Source of the DNA: an uncultured Eubacteriales bacterium
Lineage (GTDB): Bacteria > Bacillota > Clostridia > HGM11514
Assembly (NCBI GenBank): GCA_902492655.1
Contig: CABUMF010000004.1
Coordinates: 17,813-81,812, forward strand
DNA: 64,000 nucleotides
Direction: 5' to 3'
Part shown: piece by piece, positions 47,677 through 57,139 of the stretch
Layout: each line of letters starts with the position of its first letter
Numbering within the stretch: position 1 is the first letter of the stretch
Notes under the pieces: generated by a model
What the model saw: the letters and a program-made list of their open reading frames with translations, nothing else
Database searches by the model: none
What the model was told of the DNA's origin: nothing
Program-made: the position numbers and the translations under genes

Positions 47677-48867
47677 TTATTCCTCGCTTTCGCTTACGCA
47701 ACCGTCTGCGCTGTGGCAGAAATGAATGGAAAAGCTTTCCCTGTATTGAGGGAAAATCGAAAGATATTCCCTCATAACCGTATCATTTATCTGTGTTTTG
47801 AAGCTCGGGTCAACAATCGCCATACAGCACCCCTTAAACCCGGCGCCCGAAAATCTTCCGCCGTAAATCCCGTCGGTTTTGAGCATAATGTCATATATTG
47901 CCTTAAGCTCGTCCGAACCGGTTTCGTAGTTATAAATACTGCTGTGACCGCTTTCGGAGGAAATTCTTCCAAACTCCGCAATATCGCCGTTTTTCCAAGC
48001 CTCGGTACCTTTTTTCACGCGTTCAAACTCCGTATAAAAATGCTCCGCACGCTTTTTCCAGTTTTCGGGAAGCATATCCTTGTATTTATCATAAACCTCA
48101 CGGGGAACATCTCTTAATCTGCTGTCGGAGAACCTTCCGTAATCCATTCCCGAAAAGGATTTAAGCGCATAAGATGCGGCTTTGAGTTCATCAACCCTCA
48201 TATTAAACGCCGTGCCTGCAAGACTTCTCTCGACTCCACTGAAAATGATTGCAAACTCAAAAGGCGCAGCGTTTTTGTTTTTGGGAATAAGCTGATAGCT
48301 GTCGTCTTTGGTATCAAGATACAAAAGATGATCCTTTTTGCAAAGCATTTCGCAGGATTGGTCAAGCTTTCCACAGCTTACTCCGACATATTTATTTTCC
48401 GCCCAGAGCGCGGTTTCAATCATTTCGGTTTTTGAAAGCTTTATATTATTCGCCTTGCACATTGCCGAAAGAAACGCCAATATAACCGCCGCAGAGGACG
48501 AAAGACCGCCAATAGGCAGACTTCCCGAAATCAAAGCGCAAATGCCGCATTCGATTTCGGCTTTTTCGGAAAGCGCAAGCGTAGCACCCCTTAAATAATC
48601 CGCCCAATCCCCCGCCTTTTCACGAATATCACGAACATGAAACTGCACCTTGCCCGGAAAATTCATGCTTCTAAGCTCGCAAATACCGTTCTCGGTAGGA
48701 TAAAAGGCTATTTCGATGCCCTTGTCTATGGCAAATCCCGTCACAAGACCGAATTGATGATCCGAATGTGCGCCGATAGGGCAAACACGGTAGGGGCAAA
48801 ATGCCTCCATGATTTCCTTTGCATCAGGGTAAAGCTTCAAAAACTCTCGTTCAAGACTTTGCGTCAT
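47677..48867 (-). CDS. GHMP-family anomeric sugar kinase (galactokinase-like)
   Basis: Galactokinase-type N-terminal signature YRVCPIGAHSDH (GRVNLIGEHTDY-like) and GHMP ATP-binding motif PIGGLSSSAAVILAFL. 396 aa. Confidence 0.75.
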   Translation of the reverse strand: MTQSLEREFLKLYPDAKEIMEAFCPYRVCPIGAHSDHQFGLVTGFAIDKGIEIAFYPTENGICELRSMNFPGKVQFHVRDIREKAGDWADYLRGATLALSEKAEIECGICALISGSLPIGGLSSSAAVILAFLSAMCKANNIKLSKTEMIETALWAENKYVGVSCGKLDQSCEMLCKKDHLLYLDTKDDSYQLIPKNKNAAPFEFAIIFSGVERSLAGTAFNMRVDELKAASYALKSFSGMDYGRFSDSRLRDVPREVYDKYKDMLPENWKKRAEHFYTEFERVKKGTEAWKNGDIAEFGRISSESGHSSIYNYETGSDELKAIYDIMLKTDGIYGGRFSGAGFKGCCMAIVDPSFKTQINDTVMREYLSIFPQYRESFSIHFCHSADGCVSESEE

Positions 48868-48884
48868 AGCTGATACCTTCCTAA

Positions 48885-50111
48885 CTACTTCATCATTCCG
48901 AGCTTTTTCACAAGCTCGGTTCTTCTTTTTACACTTTCGTTTTCATCACTCGGCAAATTGCTTACGGTTCTTTTTCTCGTTGCAACGGCAACGGATATTT
49001 TACCAAGTCTTAATGCCCAGAATATCGGTAAAAGACAAGGACATTTTTCAAGTGAAGGATATTGCCTTTCCATTGCTTTCAAATTCGGAAACATTCTTGA
49101 AAATGCCGAGCCTCTCGAATTTTTGTCGTAATATGCGTTAAACTGTTTTTCCGTCATACCCGAACGGTTTTTGAGGAAAGAATAGTAAAACTTTCCGGCA
49201 TCGGAATCCTTTCTGCCGAAATTGCCTCCGATTTCCGTATCCTCCAGAAGTGCCTCCGCACCCACCTCGTCGGCATCCGAAAACTCAAATCCGAAATATT
49301 TATTGCCTATTCCCTTTATTGCGGAAATAAAGCCCGTAAAGCCGAGGGTTTTCATAAGTCCGTTATATTTTTCCCAGTCGATCTCATTTTTATAATGCTC
49401 CATATGTACAAGCAAATCGCAAATCTGACGAAGTCCTGCGGCACCCACAAAGAAATGCTTTAGAAGATGCGCTGTTAAAAACACAAGAGCGTCATTTACC
49501 GAAAGACACGGAAATCCGCCGCACATTTCATAGGGTTCATCGTAATTTACAAGACCTTTAAGCAAAATATCGCCCGTTGACTTGTAATACATTTCCGTAT
49601 GGACCTCCAAAAGACCGCCTATGGGATGAACCGCTCCGAAATGATGAACTATATCGCTCGGCTCTTCGACGGAATAGCCGCACTTTTTCAGCCGTTTTGT
49701 CCATTCATCCACATCCTTTTGCTCAATGAGAATATCAATATCGCTTGACACTCTCATGTCGGGATACCTATAAAACCTCGAAACGGTTTTCCCTTTAAGC
49801 ACGCAGTATTTAAGCCCGCCAGACACCTCAGAGAGCACATTATAGGTGTATTCGTTTTTCATAAGGCTTCCGCGAACCGACGCCATGACCTCTAATTTAA
49901 GCCTCTCAAAGACCTTTTCGTCCACCTTTAGGGCACCCGATTTTACGGAAGCATTAACCCCCGCAAACACAGTCTGCCAAACGCTTTGCTCAATCGCAAG
50001 GCGCTTTATGTTTTCAATATTAATCTCATTTTTGCCCGAATACTCAATGCCTACCGCACCGCAGGCAAAAAGCTTCAGCATATCAATAAAATCAGGGGTC
50101 ATAGTTTTCAC
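48885..50111 (-). CDS. Uncharacterised nucleotidyltransferase-fold protein (NTP_transf_5-like)
   Basis: Minimal NTase motif G-x(n)-SSDIDILI and downstream helical region. 408 aa, no other recognisable domain. Confidence 0.4.
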   Translation of the reverse strand: MKTMTPDFIDMLKLFACGAVGIEYSGKNEINIENIKRLAIEQSVWQTVFAGVNASVKSGALKVDEKVFERLKLEVMASVRGSLMKNEYTYNVLSEVSGGLKYCVLKGKTVSRFYRYPDMRVSSDIDILIEQKDVDEWTKRLKKCGYSVEEPSDIVHHFGAVHPIGGLLEVHTEMYYKSTGDILLKGLVNYDEPYEMCGGFPCLSVNDALVFLTAHLLKHFFVGAAGLRQICDLLVHMEHYKNEIDWEKYNGLMKTLGFTGFISAIKGIGNKYFGFEFSDADEVGAEALLEDTEIGGNFGRKDSDAGKFYYSFLKNRSGMTEKQFNAYYDKNSRGSAFSRMFPNLKAMERQYPSLEKCPCLLPIFWALRLGKISVAVATRKRTVSNLPSDENESVKRRTELVKKLGMMK

Positions 50112-50164
50112 CTATTGCCGAAACATTTACTTGACATTTAAGTCATTTTTTATCTGAGTGGTAC

Positions 50165-50425
50165 TTATTTAATTATCCCTTTCTTAGCGACAGAAAAAAG
50201 GCGAGTTACATATTCAGAGTTTTCAAAATCCGGTCGAGGCATTGATACATCAATATCATCATCCCACGGAATAATATCTTTATGCCTGACAGCACCAATA
50301 AGTGTTCCATATTCAATATTGTATATTAGATTATTTTATTCACATATTCTATGGAACTCATCCAGCAAAACAAACAGAAGCTTTTGAATCGCTTTAACAT
50401 CATTTGATTCAACATAATCTTTCAC
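50165..50425 (-). pseudogene. LicD-family (phosphocholine/sugar-phosphate transferase) gene remnant: in-frame TAA nonsense at codon 30 plus 3' truncation
   Basis: GTG start overlaps the Wzx stop (GTGA), RBS GGAGAAGG. Translation [74 protein letters not shown]... matches LicD N-termini (..[37 protein letters not shown]..). The frame ends at codon 86, whereas LicD proteins are ~270 aa. Confidence 0.7.
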
Positions 50426-51945
50426 AACAAACCTTCTCCTTTTTTTAATCTCAGCAAAATTTTTAATGCTTTTTTTGTATCTTGTCTGTAAAAAATAAAA
50501 TTAATTATAATAGAGATTAATGCAGCAATAACAATAACCGCCAGTCCTAAAACAAACCATGTGAAATAATTGGGTACACTCAATTTCATCACATATATCA
50601 TTCCGGTCAATGTTATAAAAACATAAGTAATAACATTCAAAATAAACCTTTTGAAAAATAATTTGAGGCTTCTGCAGATTATGTTTTTTGTCAAGTAAAC
50701 CACATAATATATAAATCTTGTTAAAGTTCCGAGAACCGTGCCAATAGCAACACCGCATAAACCCATTGGATTTATCAATGCAACTGAAGCTGCCATGTTG
50801 ACAAACGCTTCCCCAAATGCGCCTAAACGCGTCTGCTTAAAATGACCTGCTGCCTCCACAACTGATGTATACGGAATTCGCCAACAAAAAAGCACAGATG
50901 AAAATGTCAAAACAAATGCAAAGGCAGGTTCAATATAATTTGCATCTTTCAATAACGATGTATATAATCGCACAAACGGTACTATAACAATGGTCAATGA
51001 AGAAAAAACCGTAATACTTACTATTGATACCAACACTTCATACAAATCAAATACAGAATTAAGTTGTCTTGTCTCATCTTTGGCAATCATATCACCAAAC
51101 AAAGATTCGATACCGGCAGTAAGCGAAGTTACTATATTCTTCACTTGCGTAATAATCATGTTATATACAGAGTAAACTGCAACTTGGGTTAGTTTTGAAA
51201 AAATAGTTATTAGCAACACATCGGTATTTGAATGAAACACAAATGCAATATGCTGACCCAATCCATCCCATTTTTGTTTCAAATAAGTATTAGTTTTTTC
51301 AGTCACATTTACTAACTTATAGTACCTTTTAACAATAAACCGCAACGCTATCGGTTTTATTGCGAAAACAAAACTGCTCACTAATTTTACTAATATTAAA
51401 CTAAAACCCAATTTTATAAATACAATTATGCAAATAGTATTAAGAATTGTTGTAATGATAGACAATACTTTTACAATATACATTCGCTGTGAAGCTTGCA
51501 AAAACAGCGAATACGAAATCCCGATAAAATACTCCGAAAAGGTTGCAATACTTAAAACAATTACCAACAAAAAAGTTGACAACCAATCAAAGCATTCTAT
51601 ATGGGACATCTTATTGAAAAAGCAAGCCAAAATTAACACATATGCAATAAAAATATAAGACAAAATTCTGAAGAATCGTTTGATTTCTTTAATTATAGCA
51701 CTTATAGCATATGTATCACCGTTTGCAATCGGCTTATATAATACAGCTCTGGCAACGCCTCCGACACCACCTTCGAGAAGCGTAATATATGCAAGTAATT
51801 GCGTAATTGATGCGGTTGCCCCATAAGCTTCAGAACCATATGCATCAAGAAACAGCTTTGGTACAACAAACCCACATATAACCGTAATCAATTGGCATAA
51901 TAAAGAAAATACAATATTTCTTTTTAAATTTACAGATCTATTCAT
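50422..51945 (-). CDS. Polysaccharide flippase (Wzx-like, MOP superfamily)
   Basis: 507 aa, ~14 TM helices. Position in the glycan locus. Confidence 0.7.
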   Translation of the reverse strand: MNRSVNLKRNIVFSLLCQLITVICGFVVPKLFLDAYGSEAYGATASITQLLAYITLLEGGVGGVARAVLYKPIANGDTYAISAIIKEIKRFFRILSYIFIAYVLILACFFNKMSHIECFDWLSTFLLVIVLSIATFSEYFIGISYSLFLQASQRMYIVKVLSIITTILNTICIIVFIKLGFSLILVKLVSSFVFAIKPIALRFIVKRYYKLVNVTEKTNTYLKQKWDGLGQHIAFVFHSNTDVLLITIFSKLTQVAVYSVYNMIITQVKNIVTSLTAGIESLFGDMIAKDETRQLNSVFDLYEVLVSIVSITVFSSLTIVIVPFVRLYTSLLKDANYIEPAFAFVLTFSSVLFCWRIPYTSVVEAAGHFKQTRLGAFGEAFVNMAASVALINPMGLCGVAIGTVLGTLTRFIYYVVYLTKNIICRSLKLFFKRFILNVITYVFITLTGMIYVMKLSVPNYFTWFVLGLAVIVIAALISIIINFIFYRQDTKKALKILLRLKKGEGLL

Positions 51946-52898
51946 TTGTTCTTACCATTAATCATGTTTATAAAACAAACAAACATATAAAGCACCTTAC
52001 TTTTAAAATTCAGACTTCCTGCATATTTTTTATTATATCTTATACGATAAAACTCATCTCGAGATAATTCTCCCATTTTTTTTATTTTTTGTCCAATACT
52101 CAAAGTTGATGTCAAAACATACTTATACATACGAAGCTTAGTATAATGGGCATTTCGATTGTAAAGCTCTATATCGATATTCCATTTTTCCACATAGGAC
52201 TTCAATACATACATAACAGTTTTTATTGATTTTGCCCTGTTTGGCTGATAAGTGTTTGTTACACTGTGTGGATTTGTACGGTAATAGTACAAAGCATCAT
52301 CCAAATAGTACGGATTGATGCACTTGTCAATGATGGGCAGGGATTGAAGCAAATCCTCAGCATTTCTCATAAACGCATACTTGCTGTAATCTGCGTTAAT
52401 ATCAAAGCAATCCCTTTTCACACATTTTGTACACATATTGTTCAGTAGATTTGATGTACAAATCAATTTGTAAATATCATTCTTCTCAACAATTCCGGGA
52501 ACAAGAGGAAGTGAATATCCACCGGAACAGTCTGTGCTTTTTGAAAAATTGTATATAATCATATCACTGTCGAAATTATCAATAACAGATTTGATTTTTT
52601 CAAGACAGTCATGCCTCAACATATCATCCGCATCCAAAAAAACAAAATATTCGCCGTCCGAATTTCTTATACCATAGCATCTGGTTAAAATCTGACCTTC
52701 GTTTTTTTTATGAAACACCTTAATTTTATTCGGATATTTTTCGTGATACCTGTCACAAATATTTCCGCCTGAGTCAACAGAACCGTCGTCAACCAAAATA
52801 ATTTCCCAATCGTCAAAGGTTTGGTTAATAACGGATTGTATGCATTCATCAAGATAATTCTCAGCATTATATACAGGTATTATTACAGAAAAAAGCAT
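51942..52898 (-). CDS. Glycosyltransferase family 2
   Basis: FSVIIPVYNAENYL...DDGSVD...FLDADD GT2 motifs. Start at 52898 (GGAGG 7 nt upstream). Confidence 0.85.
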   Translation of the reverse strand: MLFSVIIPVYNAENYLDECIQSVINQTFDDWEIILVDDGSVDSGGNICDRYHEKYPNKIKVFHKKNEGQILTRCYGIRNSDGEYFVFLDADDMLRHDCLEKIKSVIDNFDSDMIIYNFSKSTDCSGGYSLPLVPGIVEKNDIYKLICTSNLLNNMCTKCVKRDCFDINADYSKYAFMRNAEDLLQSLPIIDKCINPYYLDDALYYYRTNPHSVTNTYQPNRAKSIKTVMYVLKSYVEKWNIDIELYNRNAHYTKLRMYKYVLTSTLSIGQKIKKMGELSRDEFYRIRYNKKYAGSLNFKSKVLYMFVCFINMINGKNK

Positions 52899-52902
52899 AT
52901 TT

Positions 52903-54012
52903 TTACCTCCCAAAAGTTTTATTCCCGGAAATAAAAAGCTCCCTGTGTGCCTCGCACTCGGCTATGTTTTTGACAGAAAGCAAGTAATTTTCCGAAAGCC
53001 TGTATTTCAGCCTATGACCGCACAGCTTGTTTACAACTCTGAAAAAAATTGACGGCGGCTTTATACGCATTGCGTAACTTTGTTCCATTTTTCTTGCAAA
53101 TTTGCCGTATTCTTCTTCAACAAATCCGGGAATTTTAATTTGCTCGGAACGTTCAAAAAACTCCTTAACCGTATTTTCATCTCCGTAAGCAATGCCGCAT
53201 CCCGATTGTTTAACCGGAATAAAATCAAGCTTCATTCCTTCCGAAAAATCAAGCCTTACAAGCAGCGATGAATCCCAAAACTCATTACTGTGAGCGTTAA
53301 AATGAAAATTTCCCTGGCCGTAAACAACCGCCGACTTCCCTATGTATTCCATGCATCCAACGCAATGGGTATGCTGACAAACAACAAAATCCGCACCCAC
53401 ATCACACATTTTTCTGCAAATTCTCCTTAAGTACGGCGAAGGGTAACGATAATACTCCTTTCCGCCGTGATAAAGAACAACAACGAAATCACAGCTTTGC
53501 TTCAATTTGGAAATGTGATCGAAGGAATCGAGAGGCTCATAAGGATTTGCTCCCGGAGTATCTTCGCCGGCAACCGAAAACTCATGCTCACAGCAGGCGT
53601 AAAAGCCAATCTTCGCTCCGTCAAGCTCCAAAATATAAGGCTTTGCGGCATCGAAAACATTATTGCCCACGCCGACATAAGAAATACCGTTTTCACTCAG
53701 CGCCTTAACCGTTGAATACAGCCCTTGCTCACCCTGATCCATTATATGATTGTTGGCAAGCGTAAGAAGGTTTGGCATAAGCGCTTTTATGCCATTTACC
53801 GTCTTTTTCGGCGCAATAAGATTGGGTCCGCATTTCTTTATCGGTTCCTCCCTGTCGGTAAGCGGAACCTCGAGATTGAAAACCCTGAAGTCCGCAGACT
53901 TAAGCTCACAAAGAAGCTTTTTGTCAATAAGCTTATCCACATCGCCCGACTCAAAAATATTAATATTCTTTCCAACCGGAACCACATCCGCACCAATTAT
54001 TATATTATGCAT
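52903..54012 (-). CDS. CapA/PgsA-family protein (metallophosphoesterase-like, capsule/poly-gamma-glutamate-associated)
   Basis: Blocks FNLEVPL, LTLANNHIMDQGEQG, VGVG, VVLYHGGKEYY, VGADFVVCQHTHC, GQGNFHF align with B. subtilis PgsA/CapA blocks. No N-terminal TM segment. Confidence 0.65.
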   Translation of the reverse strand: MHNIIIGADVVPVGKNINIFESGDVDKLIDKKLLCELKSADFRVFNLEVPLTDREEPIKKCGPNLIAPKKTVNGIKALMPNLLTLANNHIMDQGEQGLYSTVKALSENGISYVGVGNNVFDAAKPYILELDGAKIGFYACCEHEFSVAGEDTPGANPYEPLDSFDHISKLKQSCDFVVVLYHGGKEYYRYPSPYLRRICRKMCDVGADFVVCQHTHCVGCMEYIGKSAVVYGQGNFHFNAHSNEFWDSSLLVRLDFSEGMKLDFIPVKQSGCGIAYGDENTVKEFFERSEQIKIPGFVEEEYGKFARKMEQSYAMRIKPPSIFFRVVNKLCGHRLKYRLSENYLLSVKNIAECEAHRELFISGNKTFGR

Positions 54013-54029
54013 TTTAAACCTCTATCACG

Positions 54030-54983
54030 CTATCTTCCTTGAAATTCATTTATTCTCTGATCTATTACTACACCGTCTTTAATTATCATTGCATTATTTA
54101 AAACAACACTTAACCTTTCATTTGCCAACTGATTTATATATTTTACTATATTTTTCGAATTATCTTCGGTAAATGTCTTATAAAAAATCGAAGGAGTATG
54201 GTCTACAACATAATGCATAATACCATCAACATGATAAACCGGTTTCTCAATAGTAGTAGGTACACTTGTCTCTATGCCACCATTTCTATCGCAACTGACA
54301 TCTATTATTAGTGCATTCTTCTTCATTCTTTGCAAGTCATTTTTATATATAATGTGATCCTTCCTTGATGTATCCCATAATACACAATTCACAACAACAT
54401 CGAATAATCCTATTTCATCTCTCAACAAACTTTCTGTTTTTCTGTCATATTGAACAACATTTGCACCGAGCATATTCAATACCTTTATTGCTCCTCTTGC
54501 GGTATTTCCTTTACCGATAACCGCAACATTGGACTCATAAGGCATGCAACCAAAGCACTGAAATGCATGCATTACTGCCGCCTCGCCTGCCAATTCGTTA
54601 TTTCTCCAAAATACATGCCTACCTTTTTCAAACATATCTTCCCATGCATATGCTGTTAATCTGTTATTTATCAATTTTTCCGTGATGTCTTTATTCTGAA
54701 CCGCATGAATCCAACCAAACACCGATTGATTTTGCAAAATATCCAAATAATCGGCATCTCCAACCTTAGGATCGCAAATAATGTCCTTTTTCAGAACTTC
54801 ATTTCTTTTTGCAATATTGGCACCGGCAGATATGTAATCAGCATCACTGTACCCAATAACATCCCCATAACCGTTCTCAAAATACAATAAATTCGGACAA
54901 TCAATCTTAATAATATCACCAGGAATTACCGCTCTTCTGTTTTCATTTTCTTTATGGCTTATAGGAAATCCTATCGTTTTCAT
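54030..54983 (-). CDS. AlaDH/PNT-family NAD(P)-dependent dehydrogenase, N5-(carboxyethyl)ornithine synthase (opine synthase)-like
   Basis: 317 aa. N-terminal MKTIGFPIS..ENRRAVIPGD and Rossmann VIGKGNTARGAIKVLNMLGANV, typical of the alanine dehydrogenase/PNT family. The size and N-terminus resemble CEOS rather than a full alanine dehydrogenase. Confidence 0.5.
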   Translation of the reverse strand: MKTIGFPISHKENENRRAVIPGDIIKIDCPNLLYFENGYGDVIGYSDADYISAGANIAKRNEVLKKDIICDPKVGDADYLDILQNQSVFGWIHAVQNKDITEKLINNRLTAYAWEDMFEKGRHVFWRNNELAGEAAVMHAFQCFGCMPYESNVAVIGKGNTARGAIKVLNMLGANVVQYDRKTESLLRDEIGLFDVVVNCVLWDTSRKDHIIYKNDLQRMKKNALIIDVSCDRNGGIETSVPTTIEKPVYHVDGIMHYVVDHTPSIFYKTFTEDNSKNIVKYINQLANERLSVVLNNAMIIKDGVVIDQRINEFQGR

Positions 54984-54985
54984 AG

Positions 54986-55900
54986 CTAAACACTCCTTAA
55001 ATCAATAAAGCTACCGAACAGTTCATCGGTTTCAGGCAAAAGATTATCATCAAAACCGCTATCAGGAAAAAAAGTTATCTCGCCGAAATACACATTATTG
55101 TCGGAAGAATACAAATCAATGCGAGAAAAGCATAAATTCTTTGATAATTCAGATGCAATATCAAACATTTTATCCATTGTTTCCGGTTTATCTACAGTAA
55201 ATCCCTCCGGAGCAGCAATACCCCTTTTATTAAGACGCAATAAATTCCATTCTCTATCAAAAAAATAAAATTTTGTATCTCCGCTCGAACGGTCCAAGCA
55301 AAGCATTACATTATACACTATGCCATTACAACAAAAAAACTTGTAATCCGTAAAATCATCAGAATAGCAATTGTCCGTCATATACTTTTCCGCAATAATC
55401 TTTCTCTTGACATCTTTATACGGCCACTCGCGACCTGTGAGATAATAGTTCTGTTTCAAGCCTTTTTTAAGTTCTTTCTTAACCTTTTCAATGTCAAGCT
55501 TGCTTTTATCCTTGCAAATGCACATCCCGGTTCCCGAATTATGATTGCATTTAAGCACAAATTTATCCGGAAGCTTGTCAAAATCTATATCATCGGGGTC
55601 GTCCCACACCCCAAGAAGCGGGATAAGATACTCCTCTCCGAGCTTTTCTTTTATGTAATCCCTGACGGCAAACTTATCAACCATAGTGGTGTATTCGGGC
55701 TTTCTGTCATGAATTTTAAGCCACTGAAGCTTTTCATTAAAGGTTTTGGGATTATCCAAATCAAGCTTCTTTTTCATCATAAGACGATATTTTATTTTTA
55801 AAAACAACTCATCCGGAAACAGCTTGCTAATATATGGCTTTCCAAGCAAATACAAGGCTATTTTTTCAGGATTTTTCACCGCTTTCAACAGTTTGTTCAT
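54986..55900 (-). CDS. ATP-grasp amidoligase, TupA-like (ATPgrasp_TupA family)
   Basis: Hallmark LDNPKTFNEKLQWLKIHDR and C-terminal YFGEITFFPDSGF blocks. Confidence 0.75.
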   Translation of the reverse strand: MNKLLKAVKNPEKIALYLLGKPYISKLFPDELFLKIKYRLMMKKKLDLDNPKTFNEKLQWLKIHDRKPEYTTMVDKFAVRDYIKEKLGEEYLIPLLGVWDDPDDIDFDKLPDKFVLKCNHNSGTGMCICKDKSKLDIEKVKKELKKGLKQNYYLTGREWPYKDVKRKIIAEKYMTDNCYSDDFTDYKFFCCNGIVYNVMLCLDRSSGDTKFYFFDREWNLLRLNKRGIAAPEGFTVDKPETMDKMFDIASELSKNLCFSRIDLYSSDNNVYFGEITFFPDSGFDDNLLPETDELFGSFIDLRSV

Positions 55901-57134
55901 TCAAATTGCCCCCACTTCTATTATCGTTTAGTTTAACAAACACAGCTGCTGCAAGTAATAAAACATAAGTCTCCTTGGAATAATAAGCAACCATTCCGTA
56001 ATCCATAACCAAATGTATTATCAACATGATCAGCAATATTTCCGCATACTCGACTTTTCTCTTAAACAGACTATAAAGTTTTTTAAGCAAGTAAGCAAAC
56101 ATTGCATAATATGCCGTAAAGCCGATAATACCGACGCTAAATAAAAGTTCAACAAAATTATTATGAAGATAGGTTGCCCTTCCCAAATACTTCATTGTAA
56201 CAATCTTTGAATTATTGATTCCGTGCCCGAGTAAAATATGATTCTTAAATTCCAACAAACCGTACTTTATCATATTCTCTCTTACAACAGCAGAACTCTC
56301 TGTCTTACCGGATCCCGTTAAGGAATTGATAAAACCCTCAAATCTTTTTACAACTGTTTCAAACGCAGGCAATGACAGCAAAAATTTTAATACAACAATC
56401 GCAATAAGTATCCATGCAATCATTTTAATAAAAGCGGACATACTTTTGTTTTGTTTGTATTTTAAAAATATCAACAACAGAAGCGAAAATACAACTACAA
56501 GTAAAGCCTTTCGGCTGCCGCTTCCGAAGGCTGTTATCAGCGGCACGGCAGAAACAACAAATAAATAATACTTTTTCTTGAAAATCGCAAAATACATACA
56601 AAGTGAAAAACCCGTTGCGGAAATCATACCTATAGTGTTAACATTTGTTATATCCGCACCTGCTCTTTCACCGGAAATCAGCAATTCGTAATATCCGGAA
56701 ATTCCGTAATAACCGATAACATATGCAGAGTATAAAACCGAAGATATTGTAATTGCATAAATAAGAATCTTATCGTTATCGGTGTTGACAAGATAATTAT
56801 AAAGTATAAAAAAAACAAGCCATAACAAAACAAGTGTTTGACACATGCTACTCGCCGAATCCCGGTAAGTCGCATAAGATATTGATACTATACAAACAGC
56901 GACAAATATGGTATAAAACCCAAGAGTTTTGTCAAAATAAACTCGTGCACCGTCACATTTGAAAATCAGATAGTAAACAATCGCTCCGAAAAGCACTGCC
57001 ATTATGGAGTTTGACAACAAATTCAGATTTTCCAAATATGAAAACATATATACCGATGCAACATATACATACAAAACAGCATCTATTATTATGCTTTTAT
57101 TGTAGTAATCAACTTTTCCGTCATCAATTTTCAT
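55866..57134 (-). CDS. O-antigen/polysaccharide polymerase (Wzy-like) membrane protein
   Basis: 422 aa, ~10-12 TM helices with a large periplasmic loop. Locus context with Wzx and glycosyltransferases. Confidence 0.6.
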   Translation of the reverse strand: MKIDDGKVDYYNKSIIIDAVLYVYVASVYMFSYLENLNLLSNSIMAVLFGAIVYYLIFKCDGARVYFDKTLGFYTIFVAVCIVSISYATYRDSASSMCQTLVLLWLVFFILYNYLVNTDNDKILIYAITISSVLYSAYVIGYYGISGYYELLISGERAGADITNVNTIGMISATGFSLCMYFAIFKKKYYLFVVSAVPLITAFGSGSRKALLVVVFSLLLLIFLKYKQNKSMSAFIKMIAWILIAIVVLKFLLSLPAFETVVKRFEGFINSLTGSGKTESSAVVRENMIKYGLLEFKNHILLGHGINNSKIVTMKYLGRATYLHNNFVELLFSVGIIGFTAYYAMFAYLLKKLYSLFKRKVEYAEILLIMLIIHLVMDYGMVAYYSKETYVLLLAAAVFVKLNDNRSGGNLNEQTVESGEKS

Positions 57135-57139
57135 AATCT

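Noticed and set aside
50112-50164. Continuation of LicD in another frame downstream of the truncation point
   Set aside because: Translating all three minus-strand frames here gives only short stop-interrupted peptides with no LicD similarity before the next gene start at 50111.
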